Below, in pieces: positions 50,090 to 63,664 of a stretch of 64,000 nt of DNA (positions within the stretch are counted from its first letter, which is position 1; every line of letters starts with the position of its first letter). The stretch comes from the human T2T-CHM13v2.0 reference genome, Homo sapiens. The translations under genes were made by a program, and so were the position numbers. Below the pieces are notes generated by a model that worked only from the letters and a program-made list of their open reading frames with translations, did no database searches and was not told the origin of the DNA. The stretch lies in the NCBI RefSeq assembly GCF_009914755.1, contig NC_060941.1. The stretch is one strand, 5' to 3'.

Positions 50090-53000
50090 GAATTCGTTGG
50101 AAACGGGATAATTTCAGCTGACTAAACAGAAGCAGTCTCAGAATTTTCTTGGTGATGTTTGCATTCAAATCCCAGAGTTGAACTTTCCTTTCAAAGTTCA
50201 CTTTTGAAACACTCTTTTTGCAGGATCTACAAGTGGATATTTGGACCACTATGTGTCCTTCGTTTGAAACGGGTATATCTTCACATGACATCTAGACAGA
50301 AGCATTCTCAGAAGCTTCTCTGTGATGACTGCATTCAACTCACGGAGTTGAACACTCCTTTTGAGAGCGCAGTTTTGAAACTCTCTTTCTGTGGCATCTG
50401 CAAGGGGACATGTAGACCTCTTTGAAGATTTCGTTGGAAACGGAATCATCTTCACATAAAAACTATACAGATGCATTCACAGGAACTTTTTGGTGATGTT
50501 TGTATTCAACTCCCAGAGTTGAACTTTCCTTTGGAAAGAGCAGCTATGAAACACTCTTTTTCTAGAATCTGCAAGTGGACGTTTGGAGGGCTTTGTGGTT
50601 TGTGGTGGAAAAGGAAATATCTTCACCTAAATACTAGATAGAAGCATTCTCAGAAACTGCTTTGTGATGATTGCATTCACCTCACAGAGTTAAACATTCC
50701 TATTGATAGAGCAGTTTGGAAACACTCTTCTTGTGGAATGTGCAAGTGGAGATTTGGTGCGCTTTGATGCCTATGGTAGTAAAGGGAATAGCTTCATAGA
50801 AAAACTAGACAGAAGCATTCTCAGAAAATACTTTGTGATGATTGAGTTTAACTCACAGAGCTGAACATTCCTTTGGATGGAGCAGGTTTGAGACACACTT
50901 TTTGTAGAATCTACAAGTGGATATTTGGACCTCTCTGAGGATTTCGTTGGAAACGGGATAACTGCACCGAACTAAACGGAAGCATTCTCAGAAACTTCTT
51001 GGTGATGTTTGCATTCAAATCCCAGAGTTGAACTTTCCTTTGATAGTTCAGGTTTGAAACACTCTTTTTGTAGGATCTGCAAGTGGATATTTGGACCACT
51101 CTGTGGCCTTCGTTCGAAACGGGTACATCTTCGCATAAAATCTAGACAGAAGCCTTCTCAGAAACTTCTCTGTGATGATTGCATTCAACTCACAGAGTTG
51201 AACCCTCCTATGGATAGAGCAGTGTTGAAACTCTCTTTTTGTGGAATCTGCAAGTGGATATGTGGACCTCTCCGAAGATGTCTCTGGAAACGGGAATATC
51301 TTCACATAAAAACTAAACAGAAGCATTCTCAGAAACTTCTCTGTGATGTTTGTGTTTAACTCCCAGAGTTTCACATTGCTTTTCATAGAGTAGTTCTGAA
51401 ACATGCTTTTCGTAGTGTCTGCAAGTGGACATTTGGAGCGCTTTCAGGTCTGTGGTGGAAAACGAATTATGGTCACATAAAAACTGGAGAGAAGCATTGT
51501 CAGAAACTTCTTTGTGATGATTGCATTCAACTCACAGAGTTGAAGGTTCCTTTTCAAACAGCAGTTTCCAATCACTCTTTCTGTGGAATCTGCAAGTGGA
51601 TATTTGGACCTCTTTGAAGATTTCGTTGGAAACGGGAGAATCTTCACAGAAAAGCTAAACAGAAGCATTCTCAGAAACTTCTTTGTGATGCTTGCATTCA
51701 ACTCACAGAGTTGAACTTTCCTTTCGAGAGAGAAGCTTTGAAACACTCTTTTTCCAGAATCTGCAAGTGGACATTTGAAGGGCTTTGAGGCCTGTGGTGG
51801 AAAAGGAATTATCTTCCCGTAAAAGCTAGATAGAAGCATTCTCAGAAACTACTTTGTGATGATTGCATTCAAGTCACAGAGTTGAACATTCCCTTTGACA
51901 GAGCAGTTTGGAAACTCTCTTTGTGTAGAATCTGAAAGTGGAGATATGGACCGCTTTGAGGACTATGGTAGTAAAGGAAATAGCTTCATATAAAAGCTAG
52001 ACAGTAGCATTCACAGAAAACTCTTGGTGACGACTGAGTTTAAATCACAGAGCTGAACATCCCTTTGGATGGAGCAGTTTGGAAACACACTATTTGTAGA
52101 ATGTGCAAGTGGATATTGGGGCCTCTCTGAGGATTTCGTTGGAAACGGGATAAACCGCACAGAACTAAACAGAAGCATTCTCAGAACCTTCTTCGTGATG
52201 TTTGCATTCAACTCACAGTGCTGAACCTTTCTTTGATAGTTCAGCTTTGAAACACTCTTTTTGTAGAAACTGCAAGTGGATATTTGGACCTCTCTGAGGA
52301 TTTCGTTGGAAACGGGATAAACCGCACAGAACTGAAACAGAAGCATTCTCAGAACCTTCTTCGTGATGTCTGCATTCAACTCACAGTGTGGAATCTTTCT
52401 TTGATAGTTCAGGTTTGAAACACTCTTTTTGTAGAAACTGCAAGTGGATATTTGGTCCTCTGTGAGGATTTCGTTGGAAACGGGATAAACCGCACAGAAC
52501 TAAACAGAAACATTCTCAGAACCTTCTTCGTGATGTCTGCATTCAACTCACAGTGTGGAACCTTTCTTTGATAGTTCAGGTTTGAAACACTCTTTTTGTA
52601 GAGACTGCAAGGGGATAATTGCACTTCTTTGAGGCCTACCGTAGTAAAGGAAATAACTTCCCATAAAAAGAAGACAGAAGCTTTCTCAGAAAATTCTTTG
52701 GGATGATTGAGTTGAACTCACAGAGCTGAACATTCCTTGCGATGTAGCAGTTTAGAAACACACTTTCTGCAGAATCTGAAAGTGCATATTTGGACCTCTC
52801 TGAGGAATTCGTTGGAAACGGGATAATTTCAGCTGACTAAACAGAAGCAGTCTCAGAATCTTCTTTGTGATGTTTGCATTCAAATCCCAGAGTTGAACTT
52901 TCCTTTCAAAGTTCACGTTTGAAACACTCTTTTTGCAGGATCTACAAGTGGATATTTGGACCACTCTGTGTCCTTCGTTCGAAACGGGTATATCTTCACA

Positions 53001-56000
53001 TGACATCTAGACAGAAGCATTCTCAGAAGCTTCTCTGTGATGACTGCATTCAACTCACGGAGTTGAACACTCCTTTTGAGAGCGCAGTTTTGAAACTCTC
53101 TTTCTGTGGCATCTGCAAGGGGACATGTAGACCTCTCTGAAGATTTCGCTGGAAACGGAATCATCTTCACATAAAAACTATACAGATGCATTCTCAGGAA
53201 CTTTTTGGTGATGTTTGTATTCAACTCCCAGAGTTGAACTTTCCTTTGGAAAGAGCAGCTATGAAACACTGTTTTTCTAGAATCTGCAAGTGGACGTTTG
53301 GAGGGCTTTGTGGTTTGTGGTGGAAAAGGAAATATCTTCACCTAAATACTAGATAGAAGCATTCTCAGAAACTGCTTTGTGATGATTGCATTCACCTCAC
53401 AGAGTTGAACATTCCTATTGATAGAGCAGTTTGGAAACACTCTTGTTGTGGAATGTGCAAGTGGAGATTTGGAGCGCTTTGAGGCCTATGGTAGTAAAGG
53501 GAATAGCTTCATAGAAAAACTAGACAGAAGCATTCTCAGAAAATACTTTGTGATGATTGAGTTTAACTCACAGAGCTGAACATTCCTTTGGATGGAGCAG
53601 GTTTGAGACACACTTTTTGTAGAATCTACAAGTGGATATTTGGACCTCTCTGAGGATTTCGTTGGAAACGGGATAACTGCACCTAACTAAACGGAAGCAT
53701 TCTCAGAAACTTCTTGGTGATGTTTGCATTCAAATCCCAGAGTTGAACCTTCCTTTGATAGTTCAGGTTTGAAACACTCTTTTTGTAGGATCTGCAAGTG
53801 GATATTTGGACCACTCTGTGGCCTTCGTTCGAAACGGGTACATCTTCGCATAAAATCTAGACAGAAGCCTTCTCAGAAACTTCTCTGTGATGATTGCATT
53901 CAACTCACAGAGTTGAACCCTCCTATGGATAGAGCAGTGTTGAAACTCTCTTTTTGTGGAATCTGCAAGTGGATATGTGGACCTCTCCGAAGATGTCTTT
54001 GGAAACGGGAATATCTTCACATAAAAACTAAACAGAAGCTTTCTCAGAAACTTCTCTGTGATGTTTGTGTTCAACTCCCAGAGTTTCACATTGCTTTTCA
54101 TAGAGTAGTTCTGAAACATGCTTTTCGTAGTGTCTGCAAGTGGACATTTGGAGCGCTTTCAGGCCTGTGGTGGAAAACGAATTATGGTCACATAGAAACT
54201 GGAGAGAAGCATTGTCAGAAACTTCTTTGTGATGATTGCATTCAACTCACAGAGTTGAAGGTTCCTTTTGAAACAGCAGTTTCCAAACACTCTTTCTGTG
54301 GAATCTGCAAGTAGATATTTGGACCTCTTTGAAGATTTCGTTGGAAACGGGAGAATCTTCACAGAAAAGCTAAACAGAAGCATTCTCAGAAACTTCTTTG
54401 TGATGCTTGCATTCAACTCACAGAGTTGAACTTTCCTTTCGAGAGAGAAGCTTTGAAACACTCTTTTTCCAGAATCTGCAAGTGGACATTTGGAGGGCTT
54501 TGAGGCCTGTGGTGGAAAAGGAATTATCTTCCCGTAAAAGCTAGATAGAAGCATTCTCAGAAACTACTTTGTGATGATTGCATTCAAGTCACAGAGTTGA
54601 ACATTCCCTTTGACAGAGCAGTTTGGAAACTCTCTTTGTGTAGAATCTGCAAGTGGAGATATGGACCGCTTTGAGGACTATGGTAGTAAAGGAAATAGCT
54701 TCATATAAAAGCTAGACAGTAGCATTCACAGAAAACTCTTGGTGACGACTGAGTTTAACTCACAGAGCTGAACATCCCTTTGGATGGAGCAGTTTCGAAA
54801 CACACTATTTGTAGAATGTGCAAGTGGATATTAGGGCCTCTCTGAGGATTTCGTTGGAAACGGGATAAACCGCACAGAACTAAACAGAAGCATTCTCAGA
54901 ACCTTCTTCGTGATGTTTGCATTCAACTCACAGTGCTGAACCTTTCTTTGATAGTTCAGCTTTGAAACACTCTTTTTGTAGAAACTGCAAGTGGATATTT
55001 GGACCTCTCTGAGGATTTCGTTGGAAACGGGATAAACCGCACAGAACTAAAACAGAAGCATTCTCAGAACCTTCTTCGTGATGTCTGCATTCAACTCACA
55101 GTGTGGAATCTTTCTTTGATAGTTCAGGTTTGAAACACTCTTTTTGTAGAAACTGCAAGTGGATATTTGGTCCTCTGTGAGGATTTCGTTGGAAACGGGA
55201 TAAACCGCACAGAACTAAACAGAAGCATTCTCAGAACCTTCTTCGTGATGTCTGCATTCAACTCACAGTGTGGAACCTTTCTTTGATAGTTCAGGTTTGA
55301 AACACTCTTTTTGTAGAGACTGCAAGGGGATAATTGCACTTCTTTGAGGCCTACCGTAGTAAAGGAAATAACTTCCCATAAAAAGAAGACAGAAGCTTTC
55401 TCAGAAAATTCTTTGGGATGATTGAGTTGAACTCACAGAGCTGAACATTCCTTGCGATGTAGCAGTTTAGAAACACACTTTCTGCAGAATCTGCAAGTGC
55501 ATATTTGGACCTCTCTGAGGAATTCGTTGGAAACGGGATAATTTCAGCTGACTAAACAGAAGCAGTCTCAGAATCTTCTTTGTGATGTTTGCATTCAAAT
55601 CCCAGAGTTGAACTTTCCTTTCAAAGTTCACTTTTGAAACACTCTTTTTGCAGGATCTACAAGTGGATATTTGGACCACTCTGTGTCCTTCGTTCCAAAC
55701 GGGTATATCTTCACATGACATCTAGACAGAAGCATTCTCAGAAGCTTCTCTGTGATGACTGCATTCAACTCACGGAGTTGAACACTCCTTTTGAGAGCGC
55801 AGTTTTGAAACTCTCTTTCTGTGGCATCTGCAAGGGGACATGTAGACCTCTCTGAAGATTTCGCTGGAAACGGAATCATCTTCACATAAAAACTATACAG
55901 ATGCATTCTCAGGAACTTTTTGGTGATGGTTGTATTCAACTCCCAGAGTTGAACTTTCCTTTGGAAAGAGCAGCTATGAAACACTGTTTTTCTAGAATCT

Positions 56001-59000
56001 GCAAGTGGACGTTTGGAGGGCTTTGTGGTTTGTGGTGGAAAAGGAAATATCTTCACCTAAATACTAGATAGAAGCATTCTCAGAAACTGCTTTGTGATGA
56101 TTGCATTCACCTCACAGAGTTGAACATTCCTATTGATAGAGCAGTTTGGAAACACTCTTGTTGTGGAATGTGCAAGTGGAGATTTGGAGCGCTTTGAGGC
56201 CTATGGTAGTAAAGGGAATAGCTTCATAGAAAAACTAGACAGAAGCATTCTCAGAAAATACTTTGTGATGATTGAGTTGAACTCACAGAGCTGAACATTC
56301 CTTTGGATGGAGCAGGTTTGAGACACACTTTTTGTAGAATCTACAAGTGGATATTTGGACCTCTCTGAGGATTTCGTTGGAAACGGGATAACTGCACCTA
56401 ACTAAACGGAAGCATTCTCAGAAACTTCTTGGTGATGTTTGCATTCAAATCCCAGAGTTGAACCTTCCTTTGATAGTTCAGGTTTGAAACACTCTTTTTG
56501 TAGGATCTGCAAGTGGATATTTGGACCACTCTGTGGCCTTCGTTCGAAACGGGTACATCTTCGCATAAAATCTAGACAGAAGCCTTCTCAGAAACTTCTC
56601 TGTGATGATTGCATTCAACTCACAGAGTTGAACCCTCCTATGGATAGAGCAGTGTTGAAACTCTCTTTTTGTGGAATCTGCAAGTGGATATGTGGACCTC
56701 TCCGAAGATGTCTTTGGAAACGGGAATATCTTCACATAAAAACTAAACAGAAGCTTTCTCAGAAACTTCTCTGTGATGTTTGTGTTCAACTCCCAGAGTT
56801 TCACATTGCTTTTCATAGAGTAGTTCTGAAACATGCTTTTCGTAGTGTCTGCAAGTGGACATTTGGAGCGCTTTCAGGCCTGTGGTGGGAAACGAATTAT
56901 GGTCACATAAAAACTGGAGAGAAGCATTGTCAGAAACTTCTTTGTGATGATTGCATTCAACTCACAGAGTTGAAGGTTCCTTTTGAAACAGCAGTTTCCA
57001 AACACTCTTTCTGTGGAATCTGCAAGTAGATATTTGGACCTCTTTGAAGATTTCGTTGGAAACGGGAGAATCTTCACAGAAAAGCTAAACAGAAGCATTC
57101 TCAGAAACTTCTTTGTGATGCTTGCATTCAACTCACAGAGTTGAACTTTCCTTTCGAGAGAGAAGCTTTGAAACACTCTTTTTCCAGAATCTGCAAGTGG
57201 ACATTTGGAGGGCTTTGAGGCCTGTGGTGGAAAAGGAATTATCTTCCCGTAAAAGCTAGATAGAAGCATTCTCAGAAACTACTTTGTGATGATTGCATTC
57301 AAGTCACAGAGTTGAACATTCCCTTTGACAGAGCAGTTTGGAAACTCTCTTTGTGTAGAATCTGCAAGTGGAGATATGGACCGCTTTGAGGACTATGGTA
57401 GTAAAGGAAATAGCTTCATATAAAAGCTAGACAGTAGCATTCACAGAAAACTCTTGGTGACGACTGAGTTTAACTCACAGAGCTGAACATCCCTTTGGAT
57501 GGAGCAGTTTCGAAACACACTATTTGTAGAATGTGCAAGTGGATATTAGGGCCTCTCTGAGGATTTCGTTGGAAACGGGATAAACCGCACAGAACTAAAC
57601 AGAAGCATTCTCAGAACCTTCTTCGTGATGTTTGCATTCAAATCACAGTGCTGAACCTTTCTTTGATAGTTCAGCTTTGAAACACTCTTTTTGTAGAAAC
57701 TGCAAGTGGATATTTGGACCTCTCTGAGGATTTCGTTGGAAACGGGATAAACCGCACAGAACTAAAACAGAAGCATTCTCAGAACCCTCTTCATGATGTT
57801 TGCATTCAACTCACAGTGCTGAACCTTTCTTTGATAGTTCAGCTTTGAAACACTCTTTTTGTAGAAACTGCAAGTGGATATTTGGTCCTCTGTGAGGATT
57901 TCGTTGGAAACGGGATAAACCGCACAGAAATAAACAGAAGCATCCTCAGAACCTTCTTCGTGATGTCTGCATTCAACTCACAGTGTGGAACCTTTCTTTG
58001 ATAGTTCAGGTTTGAAACACTCTTTTTGTAGGAACTGCAAGGGGATAATTGCACTTCTTTGAGGCCAACCGTAGTAAAGGAAATAAATTCCTATAAAAAG
58101 AAGACAGAAGCTTTCTCAGAAAATTCTTTGGGATGATTGAGTTGAACTCACAGAGCTGAACATTCCTTGCGATGTAGCAGTTTAGAAACACACTTTCTGC
58201 AGAATCTGCAAGTGCATATTTGGACCTCTCTGAGGAATTCGTTGGAAACGGGATAATTTCAGCTGACTAAACAGAAGCAGTCTCAGAATCTTCTTTGTGA
58301 TGTTTGCATTCAAATCCCAGAGTTGAACTTTCCTTTCAAAGTTCACGTTTGAAACACTCTTTTTGCAGGATCTACAAGTGGATATTTGGACCACTCTGTA
58401 TCCTTCGTTCCAAACGGGTATATCTTCACATGACATCTAGACAGAAGCATTCTCAGAAGCTTCTCTGTGATGACTGCATTCAACTCACGGAGTTGAACAC
58501 TCCTTTTGAGAGCGCAGTTTTGAAACTCTCTTTCTGTGGCATCTACAAGGGGACATGTAGACCTCTCTGAAGATTTCGTTGGAAACGGAATCATCTTCAC
58601 ATAAAAACTATACAGATGCATTCTCAGGAACTTTTTGGTGATGTTTGTATTCAACTCCCAGAGTTGAACTTTCCTTTGGAAAGAGCAGCTATGAAACACT
58701 GTTTTTCTAGAATCTGCAAGTGGACGTTTGGAGGGCTTTGTGGTTTGTGGTGGAAAAGGAAATATCTTCACCTAAATACTAGATAGAAGCATTCTCAAAA
58801 ACTGCTTTGTGATGATTGCATTCACCTCACAGAGTTGAACATTCCTATTGATAGAGCAGTTTGGAAACACTCTTGTTGTGGAATGTGCAAGTGGAGATTT
58901 GGAGCGCTTTGAGGCCTAAGGTAGTAAAGGGAATAGCTTCATAGAAAAACTAGACAGAAGCATTCTCAGAAAATACTTTGTGATGATTGAGTTTAACTCA

Positions 59001-62000
59001 CAGAGCTGAACATTCCTTTGGATGGAGCAGGTTTGAGACACACTTTTTGTAGAATCTACAAGTGGATATTTGGATCTTTCTGAGGATTTCGTTGGAAACG
59101 GGATAACTGCACCTAACTAAACGGAAGCATTCTCAGAAACTTCTTGGTGATGTTTGCATTCAAATCCCAGAGTTGAACCTTCCTTTGATAGTTCAGGTTT
59201 GAAACACTCTTTTTGTAGGATCTGCAAGTGGATATTTGGACCACTCTGTGGCCTTCGTTCGAAACGGGTACATCTTCGCATAAAATCTAGACAGAAGCCT
59301 TCTCAGAAACTTCTCTGTGATGATTGCATTCAACTCACAGAGTTGAACCCTCCTATGGATAGAGCAGTGTTGAAACTCTCTTTTTGTGGAATCTGCAAGT
59401 GGATATGTGGACCTCTCCGAAGATGTCTTTGGAAACGGGAATATCTTCACATAAAAACTAAACAGAAGCATTCTCAGAAACTTCTCTGTGATGTTTGTGT
59501 TCAACTCCCAGAGTTTCACATTGCTTTTCATAGAGTAGTTCTGAAACATGCTTTTCGTAGTGTCTGCAAGTGGACATTTGGAGCGCTTTCAGGCCTGTGG
59601 TGGAAAACGAATTATGGTCACCTAAAAACTGGAGAGAAGCATTGTCAGAAACTTCTTTGTGATGATTGCATTCAACTCACAGAGTTGAAGGTTCCTTTTC
59701 AAACAGCAGTTTCCAATCACTCTTTCTGTGGAATCTGCAAGTGGATATTTGGACCTCTTTGAAGATTTCGTTGGAAACGGGAGAATCTTCACAGAAAAGC
59801 TAAACAGAAGCATTCTCAGAAACTTCTTTGTGATGCTTGCATTCAACTCACAGAGTTGAACTTTCCTTTCGAGAGAGAAGCTTTGAAACACTCTTTTTCC
59901 AGAATCTGCAAGTGGACATTTGGAGGGCTTTGAGGCCTGTGGTGGAAAAGGAATTATCTTCCCGTAAAAGCTAGAGAGAAGCATTCTCAGAAACTACTTT
60001 GTGATGATTGCATTCAAGTCACAGAGTTGAACATTCCCTTTGACAGAGCAGTTTGGAAACTCTCTTTGTGTAGAATCTGCAAGTGGAGATATGGACCGCT
60101 TTGAGGACTATGGTAGTAAAGGAAATAGCTTCATATAAAAGCTAGACAGTAGCATTCACAGAAAACTCTTGGTGACGACTGAGTTTAACTCACAGAGCTG
60201 AACACCCCTTTGGATGGAGCAGTTTCGAAACACACTATTTGTAGAATGTGCAAGTGGATATTGGGGCCTCTCTGAGGATTTCGTTGGAAACGGGATAAAC
60301 CGCACAGAACTAAACAGAAGCATTCTCAGAACCTTCTTCGTGATGTTTGCATTCAACTCACAGTGCTGAACCTTTCTTTGATAGTTCAGCTTTGAAACAC
60401 TCTTTTTGTAGAAACTGCAAGTGGATATTTGGACCTCTCTGAGGATTTCGTTGGAAACGGGATAAACCGCACAGAACTAAAACGGAAGCATTCTCAGAAC
60501 CCTCTTCGTGATGTTTGCATTCAACTCACAGTGCTGAACCTTTCTTTGATAGTTCAGCTTTGAAACACTCTTTTTGTAGAAACTGCAAGTGGATATTTGG
60601 TCCTCTGTGAGGATTTCGTTGGAAACGGGATAAACCGCACAGAACTAAACAGAAGCATCCTCAGAACCTTCTTCGTGATGTCTGCATTCAACTCACAGTG
60701 TGGAACCTTTCTTTGATAGTTCAGGTTTGAAACACTCTTTTTGTAGAAACTGCAAGGGGATAATTGCACTTCTTTGAGGCCAACCGTAGTAAAGGAAATA
60801 AATTCCTATAAAAAGAAGACAGAAGCTTTCTCAGAAAATTCTTTGGGATGATTGAGTTGAACTCACAGTGCTGAACATTCCTTGCGAAGTAGCAGTTTAG
60901 AAACACACTTTCTGCAGAATCTGCAAGTGCATATTTGGACCTCTCTGAGGAATTCGTTGGAAACGGGATAATTTCAGCTGACTAAACAGAAGCAGTCTCA
61001 GAATCTTCTTTGTGATGTTTGCATTCAAATCCCAGAGTTGAACTTTCCTTTCAAAGTTCACGTTTGAAACACTCTTTTTGCAGGATCTACAAGTGGATAT
61101 TTGGACCACTCTGTGTCCTTCGTTCGAAACGGGTATATCTTCACATGACATCTAGACAGAAGCATTCTCAGAAGCTTCTCTGTGATGACTGCATTCAACT
61201 CACGGAGTTGAACACTCCTTTTGAGAGCGCAGTTTTGAAACTCTCTTTCTGTGGCATCTACAAGGGGACATGTAGACCTCTCTGAAGATTTCGTTGGAAA
61301 CGGAATCATCTTCACATAAAAACTATACAGATGCATTCTCAGGAACTTTTTGGTGATGTTTGTATTCAACTCCCAGAGTTGAACTTTCCTTTGGAAAGAG
61401 CAGCTATGAAACACTCTTTTTCTAGAATCTGCAAGTGGACGTTTGGAGGGCTTTGTGGTTTGTGGTGGAAAAGGAAATATCTTCACCTAAATACTAGATA
61501 GAAGCATTCTCAGAAACTGCTTTGTGATGATTGCATTCACCTCACAGAGTTGAACATTCCTTTTGATAGAGCAGTATGGAAACACTCTTGTTGTGGAATG
61601 TGCAAGTGGAGATTTGGAGCGCTTTGAGGCCTATGGTAGTAAAGGGAATAGCTTCATAGAAAAACTAGACAGAAGCATTCTCAGAAAATACTTTGTGATG
61701 ATTGAGTTTAACTCACAGAGCTGAACATTCCTTTGGATGGAGCAGGTTTGAGACACACTTTTTGTAGAATCTACAAGTGGATATTTGGATCTTTCTGAGG
61801 ATTTCGTTGGAAACGGGATAACTGCACCTAACTAAACGGAAGCATTCTCAGAAACTTCTTGGTGATGTTTGCATTCAAATCCCAGAGTTGAACCTTCCTT
61901 TGATAGTTCAGGTTTGAAACACTCTTTTTGTAGGATCTGCAAGTGGATATTTGGACCACTCTATGGCCTTCGTTCGAAACGGGTACATCTTCGCATAAAA

Positions 62001-63664
62001 TCTAGACAGAAGCCTTCTCAGAAACTTCTCTGTGATGATTGCATTCAACTCACAGAGTTGAACCCTCCTATGGATAGAGCAGTGTTGAAACTCTCTTTTT
62101 GTGGAATCTGCAAGTGGATATGTGGACCTCTCCGAAGATGTCTTTGGAAACGGGAATATCTTCACATAAAAACTAAACAGAAGCATTCTCAGAAACTTCT
62201 CTGTGATGTTTGTGTTCAACTCCCAGAGTTTCACATTGCTTTTCATAGAGTAGTTCTGAAACATGCTTTTCGTAGTGTCTGCAAGTGGACATTTGGAGCG
62301 CTTTCAGGCCTGTGGTGGAAAACGAATTATGGTCACCTAAAAACTGGAGAGAAGCATTGTCAGAAACTTCTTTGTGATGATTGCATTCAACTCACAGAGT
62401 TGAAGGTTCCTTTTCAAACAGCAGTTTCCAATCACTCTTTCTGTGGAATCTGCAAGTGGATATTTGGACCTCTTTGAAGATTTCGTTGGAAACGGGAGAA
62501 TGTTCACAGAAAAGCTAAACAGAAGCATTCTCAGAAACTTCTTTGTGATGCTTGCATTCAACTCACAGAGTTGAACTTTCCTTTCGAGAGAGAAGCTTTG
62601 AAACACTCTTTTTCCAGAATCTGCAAGTGGACATTTGGAGGGCTTTGAGGCCTGTGGTGGAAAAGGAATTATCTTCCCGTAAAAGCTAGATAGAAGCATT
62701 CTCAGAAACTACTTTGTGATGATTGCATTCAAGTCACAGAGTTGAACATTCCCTTTGACAGAGCAGTTTGGAAACTCTCTTTGTGTAGAATCTGCAAGTG
62801 GAGATATGGACTGCTTTGAGGACTATGGTAGTAAAGGAAATAGCTTCATATAAAAGCTAGACAGTAGCATTCACAGAAAACTCTTGGTGACGACTGAGTT
62901 TAACTCACAGAGCTGAACATCCCTTTGGATGGAGCAGTTTCGAAACACACTATTTGTAGAATGTGCAAGTGGATATTGGGGCCTCTCTGAGGATTTCGTT
63001 GGAAACGGGATAAACCGCACAGAACTAAACAGAAGCATTCTCAGAACCTTCTTCGTGATGTTTGCATTCAACTCACAGTGCTGAACCTTTCTTTGATAGT
63101 TCAGCTTTGAAACACTCTTTTTGTAGAAACTGCAAGTGGATATTTGGACCTCTCTGAGGATTTCGTTGGAAACGGGATAAACCGCACAGAACTAAAACGG
63201 AAGCATTCTCAGAACCCTCTTCGTGATGTTTGCATTCAACTCACAGTGCTGAACCTTTCTTTGATAGTTCAGCTTTGAAACACTCTTTTTGTAGAAACTG
63301 CAAGTGGATATTTGGTCCTCTGTGAGGATTTCGTTGGAAACGGGATAAACCGCACAGAACTAAACAGAAGCATCCTCAGAACCTTCTTCGTGATGTCTGC
63401 ATTCAACTCACAGTGTGGAACCTTTCTTTGATAGTTCAGGTTTGAAACACTCTTTTTGTAGAAACTGCAAGGGGATAATTGCACTTCTTTGAGGCCAACC
63501 GTAGTAAAGGAAATAAATTCCTATAAAAAGAAGACAGAAGCTTTCTCAGAAAATTCTTTGGGATGATTGAGTTGAACTCACAGAGCTGAACATTCCTTGC
63601 GATGTAGCAGTTTAGAAACACACTTTCTGCAGAATCTGCAAGTGCATATTTGGACCTCTGTGAG
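50090..63664 (+). repeat. Five consecutive full-length 2,715 bp 16-mers (most regular part of the window)
   Basis: Five successive anchor spacings of exactly 2,715 bp. Two sub-blocks of shared variants lie at ~52.3-57.6 kb and ~57.9-64 kb. Confidence 0.92.

Larger units (their letters stand above)
545..63664 (+). repeat. D17Z1: 16-mer (~2,715 bp) higher-order repeat array, SF3 pentameric type, consistent with human chr17 D17Z1
   Basis: EcoRI GAATTC once per unit at about 545, 3259, 4782, 7496, 10211, 12925, 15640, 18354, 20902, 23450, 26167, 28882, 31429, 34144, 36856, 39571, 42117, 44664, 47545, 50090, 52805, 55520, 58235, 60950, 63665 (anchored on the periodic ORF track, several checked by eye). 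Modal spacing is 2,714-2,715 bp = 16 monomers. The B-B-B-A-A pentamer pattern plus a run of near-identical monomers fits the known 2.7 kb EcoRI 16-mer of chr17. Locus name from recognition only. Confidence 0.88.

Noticed and set aside
1464-62477. Recurrent 202-aa + strand ORF (MHSNPRVEPSF...) and the 60-142 aa ORFs on both strands
   Set aside because: They recur at the HOR period and are internally repetitive at the monomer period (KHSQKLLCDDCIQLTEL..). Many start at TTG, they overlap on opposite strands, and they are freely broken by stops or frameshifts (e.g. 51009, 53724). 171 bp is a multiple of 3, which keeps frames open by chance. Not genes.
545-63664. Assignment to D17Z1-B/C (14-mers), DXZ1 (12-mer), D11Z1 (5-mer) or a 13-mer-rich D17Z1 region
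   Set aside because: The modal unit is 16 monomers (2,715 bp). No 2.0, 2.2, 2.4 or 0.85 kb unit spacing occurs in this window.
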